Assembly (NCBI GenBank): GCA_964491805.1
Contig: CAZBGU010000001.1
Coordinates: forward strand, 91,023-155,022
Reading direction: 5' to 3'
Length of the DNA: 64,000 nt
DNA from: an uncultured Candidatus Saccharibacteria bacterium
Lineage (GTDB): Bacteria > Patescibacteriota > Minisyncoccia > Phycocordibacterales > UBA5272
Under the pieces are notes generated by a model. It did not search any database and was not told the DNA's origin. It was given only the letters and a program-made list of their open reading frames with translations. Numbering within the stretch: the stretch's first letter is position 1; the number at the start of each line of letters is the position of its first letter. This document shows, one piece after another, positions 30,101 through 38,837 of the stretch. Made by a program: the position numbers and the translations under genes.

Positions 30101-30718
30101 CCTCCATCGGCTGTTAATGGTGTCTGTGGCCCGGCAAACAACACATCGGTTTCGTTGGCACCATTAGCTGGGCTCTGTGCAATAGGAACCGCATCAAGTG
30201 TATTTGGTTCAGGGCCATTCACATGGAGTTGTACTGGGTCAAATGGTGGAGTGACTGCAAGTTGTAGCGCAACCCTTGCTTCCGTCGTAACTCCACCATC
30301 GCCAATTGACGGTGTGTGTGGGGCAGCAAACAATACGTCCGTATCTTCTGCTCCTACAACAGGTCTGTGTACATTAGGAACTGCGTCAAGTGTGTCTGGT
30401 TCAGGACCATTCACGTGGAGTTGTGCTGGGTCAAATGGTGGAGTAGCTGCAAATTGTAGTGCAACAAAAACTGTTACAGTAACGCCGCAGACATATTCGG
30501 TAACAGTGACTAGTTCTCTAGTACTCAGTTCTTCTGGTATGACTCTCAACACAGGTGATAAAGTTGTGTTCACTTATACAAGTGGTTCAGGTGAAGCGAA
30601 GATTTCAGTAAGTCCGTCTTCATCAGCATCTCCAGCGAGCTTTACTCTTGATAAAGATATTACAACCAAAACAGTGACAATAAGTGCGTCAGGTGTGTAT
30701 ACATTTATTGCGCGTTAG
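27113..30718 (+). CDS. giant secreted/surface protein with 8 tandem cytochrome b5-like haem-binding domains, N-terminal InlB-B-repeat-like domain and C-terminal Cys-rich repeats
   Basis: 1201 aa. Signal-anchor N-terminus. Eight units of DCWI(I/V)...Y...HPGG...CGK(D/N/E)AT...G.HS joined by Pro/Thr-rich linkers. Two 56-aa Cys-rich repeats near the C-terminus. Confidence 0.8.
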   Translation: MPLPYLGTIFLTWTIFVGGLTSVLVHVENSRLSESVSIVPQVSSQEREEANGGVDISFIAKKAENLKRSIATSHIAERFASSVDGTLGAQEGSDSASSSASIVEVDDAENSVVGNLLGLFSKKSDYSLKVDIIGDGHVIYSSGSICGGVCSVAYHADSVATLIATPGPDSTFAGWGGACKGKDVCTVKMNDKRIVSATFTKLPSSELKNTLPKQPVVTEAEVTRHATQSDCWIIVSQKVYAVSSYLSLHPGGKSVIVKMCGKDATAVFTDRGGTGAHSRSAWSLLGTFIVGVLPSFDQTKVSAVKEYTPEDVARHASPADCWISILDSVYSVSSYIALHPGGRLNIERVCGKDATEVFNNRDSTGTHSAYAWSLLKAYLVGALTISVPTASISNSASTTKVTTVSPVGNSSEFTLSQIAAHSTKTDCWIIVSDNIYSVGSYIAMHPGGTSVITNLCGKDATNGFTTRGGTGAHSGSAWTMLGSYFVGVVAGTVPAQVQVPNTPTSPSVTPTPPPNVSSITYSLLQVAAHATQADCWIIVSNNIYSVSSYITMHPGGMNIITGLCGKDATNDFTTRAGTGSHSTYAWGLLGGYLIGSVGAASTVIPPTPTPAPSPTPAPTPTPTATFTLAQIATHATQSDCWIVVSNNIYSIGSYLAMHPGGIAVITPSCGKEATTAFTTKNKGSSHSTYAWGLLGGYIVGSVTGTTPAPVPAPVPTPTPTPTPTPSGGPYTAAQIGTHATQSDCWIVIGTNVYSVGSYTLSHPGGVSAITNLCGKDATTAFATKNGLGAHSSYAQSLLGGYLVGALSGPPPSSTPTPTPTSSTYTATQISSHSSVSDCWIVIGTNVYSVGAYLTLHPGGGYAISKYCGKNATTAFGNRGGTGTHSAAANLALGGFLIGTLSGTAPASTPVNPAPSFVYNQTDVAAHSSPSDCWIIVSGSVYSVAPYVSLHPGGRTRITNLCGKDATTSFNNVGHSTKAKGILGGLLIGTYSATVSIPPSAVNGVCGPANNTSVSLAPLAGLCAIGTASSVFGSGPFTWSCTGSNGGVTASCSATLASVVTPPSPIDGVCGAANNTSVSSAPTTGLCTLGTASSVSGSGPFTWSCAGSNGGVAANCSATKTVTVTPQTYSVTVTSSLVLSSSGMTLNTGDKVVFTYTSGSGEAKISVSPSSSASPASFTLDKDITTKTVTISASGVYTFIAR

Positions 30719-30761
30719 TGTAGTAAACGTACAGTATCTTTAGATGACCTTGCATGTGAAA

Positions 30762-30797
30762 GAGCCGCACCCAGAAGGAGGGCGCGGCTCTTACTTC
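30762..30797 (+). terminator. intrinsic terminator of the b5 operon
   Basis: GAGCCGCACCC agaagga GGGCGCGGCTC, an 11-bp stem with one mismatch, followed by TTACTTCG. Confidence 0.55.
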
Positions 30798-30953
30798 GTC
30801 TGACGGTCTGTCACTCGGTTCTCTTTGCGTGAATCACACAAAGGAGACACAAGACGGCCCCAGGGCCGACGAGTATTGCGGTGATGAGCAGTGCGGTCAT
30901 TTGACCTCTCCAAGGTGCAGTATCACTAAGTATGCTATAATTGTACTTCATAT

Positions 30954-32996
30954 ATGTCAAGTAAGAACAAACATAAAGGTGTGTTTAATCTACAAGGATT
31001 TACCCCTGCGGGCGATCAACCAAAAGCGATCGCTTTACTTGTTGACGGACTTAAGAAGAATATGAAGCGTCAGACGCTTCTTGGGGCTACAGGAACAGGG
31101 AAGACGTTCACTATTGCAAATGTGATACAACAAATACAAAAGCCAACGCTTGTAATTGCTCATAATAAGACACTTGCAGCTCAGCTAGCTCAAGAATTTA
31201 GATCATTTTTCCCGGACGCGGCTGTTCATTATTTTGTTTCGTATTACGACTACTACCAACCAGAAGCGTACATGCCTGTAACAGATACCTATATCGAGAA
31301 GGATGCTCAAATAAATGAAGAGATTGATCGTCTGCGGCATGCATCAACACAAGCACTGCTCACTCGAAAGGACACGATCATTGTAGCGTCTGTGTCGTGT
31401 ATCTACGGTCTTGGTTCTCCAAAGGATTATGAGCGAGAAAATATTAAAATTTCACTTGGTGACTCTGTGACAAAGATAAGTCTCATGCAGCGATTTGTTG
31501 CTGTTTATTATGAACGTACAAATGCAGATCTTAGTCCAGGAACATTTCGTGCACTTGGCAACCGCATTGATGTAATGCCAATTTCTGAAACGGTCATGCT
31601 TCAGATTGAAATTGCAGCTGGTAAAGTTTCTCATCTTCAGATTGTAGATCCTGTATCTATGAAAGTGATAAAAGTTGTTACTGATTACTATATCTTCCCA
31701 GCAAAACACTTTATTTCCGATATTCCTACTCGAGAGCGTGCAGTAGAGACTATTGAAGCAGAGCTCAAGGATCGTCTGAAGGAGTTCGACGAGCAAGGAA
31801 AGATACTTGAGGCAGAGCGTCTCAAACGTCGTACGAGATATGATGTTGCGATGATTCGTGAAGTTGGTTTTTGTCAGGGTATTGAGAACTATTCACGTCA
31901 TCTCTCTGGTAAAGCACCAGGTATTGCTCCGGATACGCTTCTTGAATATTTTCCTCATGATAAAAATGGCAACCCTGAATTCCTTACGGTGATCGACGAG
32001 TCACATGTGACACTTCCACAACTTCATGGTATGTATGCTGGAGATCAGTCACGTAAGAGCACGCTTGTCGAATACGGTTTTCGTTTACCAAGTGCAAAAG
32101 ACAATCGGCCGCTACGCTATGAAGAATTTGAAAAACGTGTTGGTGATGTTGTGTATGTAAGTGCGACGCCTGGGAACTACGAGCGAGAAGTGTCGGGCCA
32201 AATAGTTGAGCAAATTATTCGGCCAACGGGTCTTCTTGATCCAATTCTTGAGGTTCGTAAGGTTTGTGAAGTTGCCACATATAAAGGCCAGGTACATGAT
32301 TTTATGGATGAGACAGTTAAGGATGTGAAGAAGGGTGGTAGGGTGCTCGTTACAACCCTTACAAAGAAGATGGCAGAAAACTTAGCGGAGTATCTCAAAG
32401 AGCAAGGTGTAAAAGCGGAGTATGTGCACAGTGACGTAAAGACTATTGATCGCATTCAAATTCTTACGCGATTCCGAAAAGGTGAATTCGACTGTCTTGT
32501 TGGTGTCAACCTTCTTCGTGAAGGTCTTGATCTTCCTGAGGTAACACTCATAGGAATCCTAGATGCTGATAAAGAAGGCTTTCTTCGATCAGAAACATCT
32601 CTTATTCAGACAATTGGACGTGCTGCGCGTAACAGTAACGGCCGCGTGATTTTGTACGCTGATGTCATGACAGGGTCACTTGATCGTGCAATCAATGAGA
32701 CTAATCGTCGTCGCACTATTCAGGAGGCATATAACAAAGAGCATGGTATTACTCCAACAACTATCACCAAGAATATTCATGACATCACTGAAGAATTAAA
32801 GAGTAATCACTCAAAAGCAGTTAATGAGGAACTTCGTGTTGATCAGAAGTTGTTCGCAAAGAATCCGGATAAGCTGATAAAGTTAAAAGAAAAGCAGATG
32901 AAAGAAGCCGTAAAGATTCTCGACTTTGAAACTGCAGCAATTTTGCGAGATGAGCTAGAGGTTTTACGTAGTCTACATTCCGGCAGAGGTGACTAG
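30954..32996 (+). CDS. uvrB: excinuclease ABC subunit B
   Basis: 680 aa. Walker A GATGTGKTFT, helicase motifs, C-terminal UVR domain (AAILRDELEVLRS). Confidence 0.9.
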   Translation: MSSKNKHKGVFNLQGFTPAGDQPKAIALLVDGLKKNMKRQTLLGATGTGKTFTIANVIQQIQKPTLVIAHNKTLAAQLAQEFRSFFPDAAVHYFVSYYDYYQPEAYMPVTDTYIEKDAQINEEIDRLRHASTQALLTRKDTIIVASVSCIYGLGSPKDYERENIKISLGDSVTKISLMQRFVAVYYERTNADLSPGTFRALGNRIDVMPISETVMLQIEIAAGKVSHLQIVDPVSMKVIKVVTDYYIFPAKHFISDIPTRERAVETIEAELKDRLKEFDEQGKILEAERLKRRTRYDVAMIREVGFCQGIENYSRHLSGKAPGIAPDTLLEYFPHDKNGNPEFLTVIDESHVTLPQLHGMYAGDQSRKSTLVEYGFRLPSAKDNRPLRYEEFEKRVGDVVYVSATPGNYEREVSGQIVEQIIRPTGLLDPILEVRKVCEVATYKGQVHDFMDETVKDVKKGGRVLVTTLTKKMAENLAEYLKEQGVKAEYVHSDVKTIDRIQILTRFRKGEFDCLVGVNLLREGLDLPEVTLIGILDADKEGFLRSETSLIQTIGRAARNSNGRVILYADVMTGSLDRAINETNRRRTIQEAYNKEHGITPTTITKNIHDITEELKSNHSKAVNEELRVDQKLFAKNPDKLIKLKEKQMKEAVKILDFETAAILRDELEVLRSLHSGRGD

Positions 32997-33093
32997 CGTT
33001 ACATGCCACTGATTTTACTTTCTGATATTTAGTGGAATAATTTTCGTAGTCTCTTTACTTTTTCATGTGTATACTAATGAGATATAGCCACCT

Positions 33094-34065
33094 ATGAAGA
33101 CACTTACTACATGTGTACATCATCTAGGTATTGTCCTAGTATTTATACTGTTACCAAGTGCAGCAAACGCTGATACTGTCTCTGGTGGGGGTTATGTTGT
33201 GCAGCAAATTATTGCACCACTAACGGGGAACATGTCCGGTAATGGTTATATTCTAGAGGGCGCATCGCAACAGCATGGTGATTTGGAATCTGGAGGTGGC
33301 TATATCATTTCTGGTGTCTTTGGAACAGGAACCACAACAACTGCTACAACCTCAACATCAACGCCCCCAGCACCTTCACCGGTTGGAACTGTAAGTGGTG
33401 GAGGATATTTCGTTTTTCAAAATAGATCAGCAACAGGTACTGTTCTTATTGTCACTGCTTCTGGTACCTCCGTCGTAACGTCTCCTGTGGGAAGTACCTG
33501 TTCGTCGAGAGTCACTTTTAGCGCACCGATTGATATTGGCCTTGCAACAAATGTTCCTGATGACGTGAAAAAGCTAGAGAGATTTCTTAACATGTATGAA
33601 AATGAAAAGTTACCTGTTAATGGTATATATGAGAAACGAGATGTTGATGCAGTAAAGCGGTGGCAGCAAAAATATAAGTCTTTTATTCTTGATCCTATGC
33701 ACCTAAAATTTCCAACAGGTACTGTGTATACTCTTAGCCAGCGACAGATTGAGAGACAAACAACCAAAGCCTGTGGTGAACCGGTTATTGTAACAGCGTG
33801 TCCTTTTTTTAAGGAGTACGTTTCCTATGGAGATAAAGGGCAAGACGTTAAGAAAGTCCAACTTTTTCTTAATATAGTTAGAGGGGAAAAACTTCCAATT
33901 AGTGGTGTCTATGGACCGCTCACAAAAGCTGCTACAAAGCGTTTCCAGCAAGCGTACAAAAAAGATATTTTTAACATTTTGAAGCTGAGCTTTATTTCTG
34001 GTAATTGGAATGAAGCAACCCGAGTAAAAGCAAATCAGGCGATAGGGTGTGATATAATTAAATAA
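33094..34065 (+). CDS. secreted protein with two putative peptidoglycan-binding (PG_binding_1-like) modules and GGGY repeats
   Basis: 323 aa. Signal peptide. Three SGGGY(V/I/F) repeats. Two LxxFLN...EKLP(V/I)(N/S)G(I/V)Y...T..A(V/T)KR(W/F)QQ modules. Confidence 0.5.
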   Translation: MKTLTTCVHHLGIVLVFILLPSAANADTVSGGGYVVQQIIAPLTGNMSGNGYILEGASQQHGDLESGGGYIISGVFGTGTTTTATTSTSTPPAPSPVGTVSGGGYFVFQNRSATGTVLIVTASGTSVVTSPVGSTCSSRVTFSAPIDIGLATNVPDDVKKLERFLNMYENEKLPVNGIYEKRDVDAVKRWQQKYKSFILDPMHLKFPTGTVYTLSQRQIERQTTKACGEPVIVTACPFFKEYVSYGDKGQDVKKVQLFLNIVRGEKLPISGVYGPLTKAATKRFQQAYKKDIFNILKLSFISGNWNEATRVKANQAIGCDIIK

Positions 34066-34078
34066 TTAAGATTACGGT

Positions 34079-34627
34079 ATGAATATTGATACTTTTGAAA
34101 AAAATCAATTAACTTCTCATGATCATGCGCACAGCGATACGTCTTCCCATGATGATGTCGCGAATTTAAAATTAAAGATTGAAAAAAGAAAATCAAAACA
34201 AAAGAGACTACAAGTTGTCATTATTACACTCATTGCTTCTGTCCTCATACTCGCTTCGTTGTTTGGCTACACACAGTACAAATTATATTCACTTTCAAGA
34301 CAAGAAATGAATGAGTCTACAAATATCGGAACAGTTACATCGACTAGTAAGAGCCAAGATTCACAAACAGGTATGACGGAACCACCAAAAACACCAGAGG
34401 CGATTATCAAAGCGCTTGGAAGGCATATTCTTTTGCCAGAAGGAACCCCACAAATTGCAGAGGTAGAAGATGTTGAGAAGTTACGAGAAAAGCAAGCATT
34501 TTTTAAAAATGCAAAAAATGGAGACATTGTGGTTGTGTATGAGTCAATGATCTTTCTGTATCGTCCTTCTTTGGATATAGTAATTGCTTCCGGTGATATA
34601 TCTGGTATTGAACAAAAGAACCCCTAA
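34079..34627 (+). CDS. hypothetical membrane-anchored protein
   Basis: 182 aa with a single TM after a charged N-terminus. Confidence 0.45.
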   Translation: MNIDTFEKNQLTSHDHAHSDTSSHDDVANLKLKIEKRKSKQKRLQVVIITLIASVLILASLFGYTQYKLYSLSRQEMNESTNIGTVTSTSKSQDSQTGMTEPPKTPEAIIKALGRHILLPEGTPQIAEVEDVEKLREKQAFFKNAKNGDIVVVYESMIFLYRPSLDIVIASGDISGIEQKNP

Positions 34628-34916
34628 CATTATTGACGATTTTTAACACCAGTGTAATAGATCATCTTGTGCTATTTTTCTTGGTGCGGACTCCTTTTTA
34701 GTCCACACAAAACATGACAATTTTTATTCTCTGTGATAGAATACTTTCTACACTCTTTTGTTTTTTGATATCGTTTTAAAAGGGTGTTTATAAAAAGTAG
34801 ATACCCTTAGATCAGTTGACACGAGGCTATGCCGAGATTGTTACCTGACAACGGTTTACAAAACCAGGTAGTAGTAAATAAAAAGATTGTGTGAGTTGTG
34901 TTAGTGAAAACAAAGT

Positions 34917-34989
34917 GCCACTTTAGCTCAGTTGGTAGAGCAACGGTTTTGTAAACCGTAGGTCCACAGTTCGAATCTGTGAAGTGGCT
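34917..34989 (+). tRNA. tRNA-Thr (anticodon UGU)
   Basis: Manual cloverleaf: acceptor GCCACTT/AAGTGGC; D-stem GCTC/GAGC; anticodon stem ACGGT/ACCGT with loop TTTGTAA; T-arm CACAG-TTCGAAT-CTGTG. No encoded CCA. Confidence 0.88.
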
Positions 34990-35024
34990 CCCTGAAACAT
35001 TTATAACGATGTTCTCGTCTGATT

Positions 35025-35726
35025 ATGATTGACACACGTAAATATACATTCACTTTCTTTGTTACTGTGTCTATTTTTGCGACTGCGTTTTTTGCATCCA
35101 CTTTTTTTTCTAGTAAACGTGTAGAGAATGTGAAGTTCATCCAAGATAATATTGCAATCGATATCCTATCAAGCGAAACCCAGTTTGATTTACTTAAAGA
35201 AGTTCCGTGTCAGAATGTTAGTGATTCTATGCTTTCACCAGAGCTTAGTATTCTTGGAGATAAACTTTCACACACAGAAAATGATAGAGGAGAAAAAGAT
35301 GATGATGTCATTTATCTCAAGAAGTACTACTCATTATTACAGGTCAAAGATTTTCTTCTTTCTAAGAAACTTGCAGAAAAGTGTGGTGTTGTTAAGAAGC
35401 CTGTTTTTATTATTTATTTTTATTCCAACAAAGGCAATTGTCAGGACTGTATTAAGGAAGGCTATGTGCTTACTCGTCTAAAAGAAAAGTATCCAGAATT
35501 GCGGGTGTATTCTTTTGACTACAACCTTGACCTTTCCGTTATTGATTCTCTTAAGGCAATCTATCGGATAACTGACAATATGCCTGCGCTTGTCATTGAT
35601 GACAAGACATACACAGGGTTTAGGTCGGTGGTCGAACTTGAAAAACTTCTCCCTGACACTCTAAAAGAGGCAACCTCGACGCAAGCGACAGTTACGTCAT
35701 CGTCTTCCTTGAAGAACACAAGGTAA
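35025..35726 (+). CDS. hypothetical membrane-anchored protein with CxxC (thioredoxin-like?) motif
   Basis: 233 aa. N-terminal TM. CQDC motif. Immediately upstream of the GT2 gene. Confidence 0.4.
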   Translation: MIDTRKYTFTFFVTVSIFATAFFASTFFSSKRVENVKFIQDNIAIDILSSETQFDLLKEVPCQNVSDSMLSPELSILGDKLSHTENDRGEKDDDVIYLKKYYSLLQVKDFLLSKKLAEKCGVVKKPVFIIYFYSNKGNCQDCIKEGYVLTRLKEKYPELRVYSFDYNLDLSVIDSLKAIYRITDNMPALVIDDKTYTGFRSVVELEKLLPDTLKEATSTQATVTSSSSLKNTR

Positions 35727-35730
35727 AAAA

Positions 35731-36996
35731 ATGTTTGATCAAATTTTACAAGCTCTGATGTACCCGTTCTTGTTTCTTTCAATGTATTTTCAAATACTAT
35801 TACTTCTTTCTTTCTTTGAAAATAGTAAGAGAATTAAAGATGAAGAATCTCAGGACGTTAGTTATTTCCCTTCGGTGACGATCGCTGTTCCCTGTTGGAA
35901 CGAAGAAAAGACATTAGCAGGAACACTCGATTCATTGCTTGCTCTTGATTATGATAAAAAGAAACTCTCAATTGTAGTTGTTGATGACGGAAGTAAAGAC
36001 AGGACACTTGCGATAGCAAAATCATATGAACATAAGCATCCTGGGGTTGTTGTTGCAATAACTAAGCCTAATGGCGGCAAGCATACTGCTGTAAACCTCG
36101 CCCTTGAACAATCGAGGAGTGACTTTTTCGGATGTCTTGACGCCGACTCTTTTGTTCACCCAAAAGCACTTAGGACTATTATTTCATATTTCCAACACCA
36201 TAAAGATGCAATGGCTGTGACTCCTTGTATTCATATAAAATCGCCAAAAACTATTATTCAACGAGTTCAGGCTGTTGAATATCTTATGGGGGTTTTTCTA
36301 CGTAAGGCATTTGGCCAGCTTGATGCAATCCAAGTTACACCGGGTCCTTTCTCTATTTTTAAAAAAGAAGTATTTGAAATTGTCGGTAATTATCGTAAGG
36401 CGCACAATACAGAAGACTACGAAATTACGCTGCGTATGCACAAGCATCATCTAAGGATCATGAACTCACACAAGGCTCTTGTGTATACTGTCGGCCCTTC
36501 TACATTTCGTGGGTACTTTCTTCAGAGGTTACGATGGGCGAGGGGATTTTTGGAAAACTCGATAGACTATCGCGAGCTGTTTTTTAAAAAAGAATATGGT
36601 AACTTTGGCATGTTTACTTTGCCTATGGCATTTCTTTTTGTTTTTTATGGAGTTTACGTTGCGTTCTTTTTCTTGTATACAACTTTAAAGCATTATAGTA
36701 ATCTTATTAGTCAATGGATGGCAGTTGGCATTCATCCTCGCATCCCAACATTTGATATTTTTTATTTTAATACGACAATCGTCTCTTTTGTTGCTATGGT
36801 CATGCTCACCATGTTTTTATTTACTATTTATATAGGTAGAACATTATCAGATGACAGACAAGAGTTGTATCGCAACTTTCCGTTTTTCTTTTTTATTTAT
36901 CCATTGTTCGGAACGATTTTATTTCCTAGGGCAGTTTTTGACACACTGACACATAGAAAAAATGAGTGGGTACTACAAGATACAAAGAAGTTCTAG
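35731..36996 (+). CDS. family 2 glycosyltransferase, processive membrane-integrated type
   Basis: 421 aa. DDGSKD (DxD), QRLRWARG (QxxRW) and C-terminal TM helices. Confidence 0.8.
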   Translation: MFDQILQALMYPFLFLSMYFQILLLLSFFENSKRIKDEESQDVSYFPSVTIAVPCWNEEKTLAGTLDSLLALDYDKKKLSIVVVDDGSKDRTLAIAKSYEHKHPGVVVAITKPNGGKHTAVNLALEQSRSDFFGCLDADSFVHPKALRTIISYFQHHKDAMAVTPCIHIKSPKTIIQRVQAVEYLMGVFLRKAFGQLDAIQVTPGPFSIFKKEVFEIVGNYRKAHNTEDYEITLRMHKHHLRIMNSHKALVYTVGPSTFRGYFLQRLRWARGFLENSIDYRELFFKKEYGNFGMFTLPMAFLFVFYGVYVAFFFLYTTLKHYSNLISQWMAVGIHPRIPTFDIFYFNTTIVSFVAMVMLTMFLFTIYIGRTLSDDRQELYRNFPFFFFIYPLFGTILFPRAVFDTLTHRKNEWVLQDTKKF

Positions 36997-37137
36997 ATGG
37001 AATACGTGCATAGGTGATTTTGGTATATCTATGGAAAGGTTGTTTAAATCATTACATAATGTGCATGCGGTATCGCTCATGTATCTAGTGAGTTTATGTG
37101 GTTGTCTGTTGTAGTGTATGTGATATGATAGAACGAT

Positions 37138-37941
37138 ATGGAAGGACACCCACACCCAATTACACTTGCAATTGCTCGCATTTCACAGATTTTTTCTGAG
37201 ATGGGGTTCGATACTGTTGATGGGCCAGAGCTCGAAGATGAGTGGCATAATTTTGATGCCTTGAATGTTCCTAAAGATCACCCTGCACGAGACATGCAGG
37301 ACACTTTCTGGATAAAGACAGAATCTTCACAGACTGGTATAGACAGCAAAAACCAAGTACAACGTACAGGAAAGGACAAGTTTGGTGACCCTGTTGGGTA
37401 TGTGCTTCGTACACATACAAGCAATATGCAGATTCGAACAATGGAGAATCACGTGAGAGAAGGCAAAGCGTTTCCTATTGCAATTTGCTGTCCAGGAAAA
37501 GTGTTTCGGAATGAGGCTACTGATGCTACTCATGAAGCACAGTTTCATCAAGTTGAGATGCTGTATGTTGGCAAGGATGCGTCTCTTTCGATGATGCTTG
37601 GAGTCATCGAAAAGTTTTTCTCTGAATTTTTTGGAAGCAATCTAGTTGTTAGGTTGCGTTCAAGTTATTTTCCTTTTGTTGAGCCGGGAAACGAGGTAGA
37701 TATGCAGTGTTTTAAGTGTAAAGGAAATGGATGTAATATTTGTAAACAGACTGGATGGATAGAGATCGGTGGAGCTGGAATGGCACACCCAAAAATTCTT
37801 GAGTCAGCTGGGATAAATCCACATGAATATCGAGGTTTCGCGTTTGGTTGTGGAATCGATAGGATGATTATGCTTAAGTATGGTATAGACGATGTCAGAC
37901 TCTTGTATAATGGCGACTTGCGGGTGGTTAATCAATTCTAG
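37138..37941 (+). CDS. pheS: phenylalanine--tRNA ligase alpha subunit (N-terminally short)
   Basis: 267 aa. FDALNVPKDHPARDMQDTFWI class II motif 2 region; motif 3 GFAFGCGIDRM. Confidence 0.85.
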   Translation: MEGHPHPITLAIARISQIFSEMGFDTVDGPELEDEWHNFDALNVPKDHPARDMQDTFWIKTESSQTGIDSKNQVQRTGKDKFGDPVGYVLRTHTSNMQIRTMENHVREGKAFPIAICCPGKVFRNEATDATHEAQFHQVEMLYVGKDASLSMMLGVIEKFFSEFFGSNLVVRLRSSYFPFVEPGNEVDMQCFKCKGNGCNICKQTGWIEIGGAGMAHPKILESAGINPHEYRGFAFGCGIDRMIMLKYGIDDVRLLYNGDLRVVNQF

Positions 37942-37942
37942 T

Positions 37943-38812
37943 ATGGAACTTATTGTAAAACATCGTACAAAGATTTTCGTATACGTTGGGGTTACTCTTG
38001 TAAGTATTTTTATTATCGGAGCGAGTTTTTGGTACAAAAGTCAGTACCTCAAAGAGATTGAATATATATCTAGTAGCGTAGACCGTTCCGACAATCAATC
38101 AGAAGGTGTATCTACTACAATATCTAGGGAGACAGATGTAAGCACAATCGACATTGAATGTCCCCGTATTCCACCTCAGTTTGAGGGTGCGGTGTTGGCA
38201 AATGAGGCAATAAAAAAGATATACAAGATACGTGCAGATCAGTTCGATCAAGATGTAAAGGACTCACTTTCTAATACGAATTTACCACAAGAGTTTAAAG
38301 GTAGTGGAGTGTCCTCATACTACGATGTTTCTTATGATGTGGTAGCTTCTTCATCGAGATATATCTCGTACCTTGTCAAAGGGGAACTTTTTTTTGTTGG
38401 CAGTGCACATCCGTCCCATACGATAGATACATTTATCTTTGATATCAAGAACAAGAGACTTATTAAGCCGGAAGAAATGTTTACAGCTTCATCTTCTTAT
38501 CTTGTATTGCTTTCGGATCTCACGCGAAAAGACTTTAGTATTCGGAACGCCGGTGGGAATGTAGAAATTGTAGATACTAATGACAACAATGCGGAAGGAT
38601 ATATTGTTGATGTCTCTCGAGAGAATGAAGGATTCAAACCAACACAAGAGAACTTTTCGAGAATTCTTCCAACTAATGATGGTCTAATTGTCTATTTTAA
38701 TGAATATCAGATTGCTCCATATTTTGTTGGTCCAGGACAGTCGTATGTACCTTATGCTTCGCTTAAAAAAATTATTGACAAAGAGGGTGTGCTTGGAGAG
38801 TATATAAAATAA
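37943..38812 (+). CDS. hypothetical secreted/membrane-anchored protein inserted between pheS and pheT
   Basis: Start at the ATG 1 nt after the pheS stop. N-terminal TM. No recognisable family. Confidence 0.45.
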   Translation: MELIVKHRTKIFVYVGVTLVSIFIIGASFWYKSQYLKEIEYISSSVDRSDNQSEGVSTTISRETDVSTIDIECPRIPPQFEGAVLANEAIKKIYKIRADQFDQDVKDSLSNTNLPQEFKGSGVSSYYDVSYDVVASSSRYISYLVKGELFFVGSAHPSHTIDTFIFDIKNKRLIKPEEMFTASSSYLVLLSDLTRKDFSIRNAGGNVEIVDTNDNNAEGYIVDVSRENEGFKPTQENFSRILPTNDGLIVYFNEYQIAPYFVGPGQSYVPYASLKKIIDKEGVLGEYIK

Positions 38813-38837
38813 ACCTAATACGTATTGCTTATAGCCT

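Noticed and set aside
29677-30573. 298-aa minus-strand ORF, plus many 60-140-aa ORFs on both strands across 27.5-30.1 kb
   Set aside because: They lie antisense or out of frame within the b5-repeat gene. Their length is an artefact of the repetitive, codon-biased Pro/Thr-linker and domain-repeat DNA. No motifs or start context support them.
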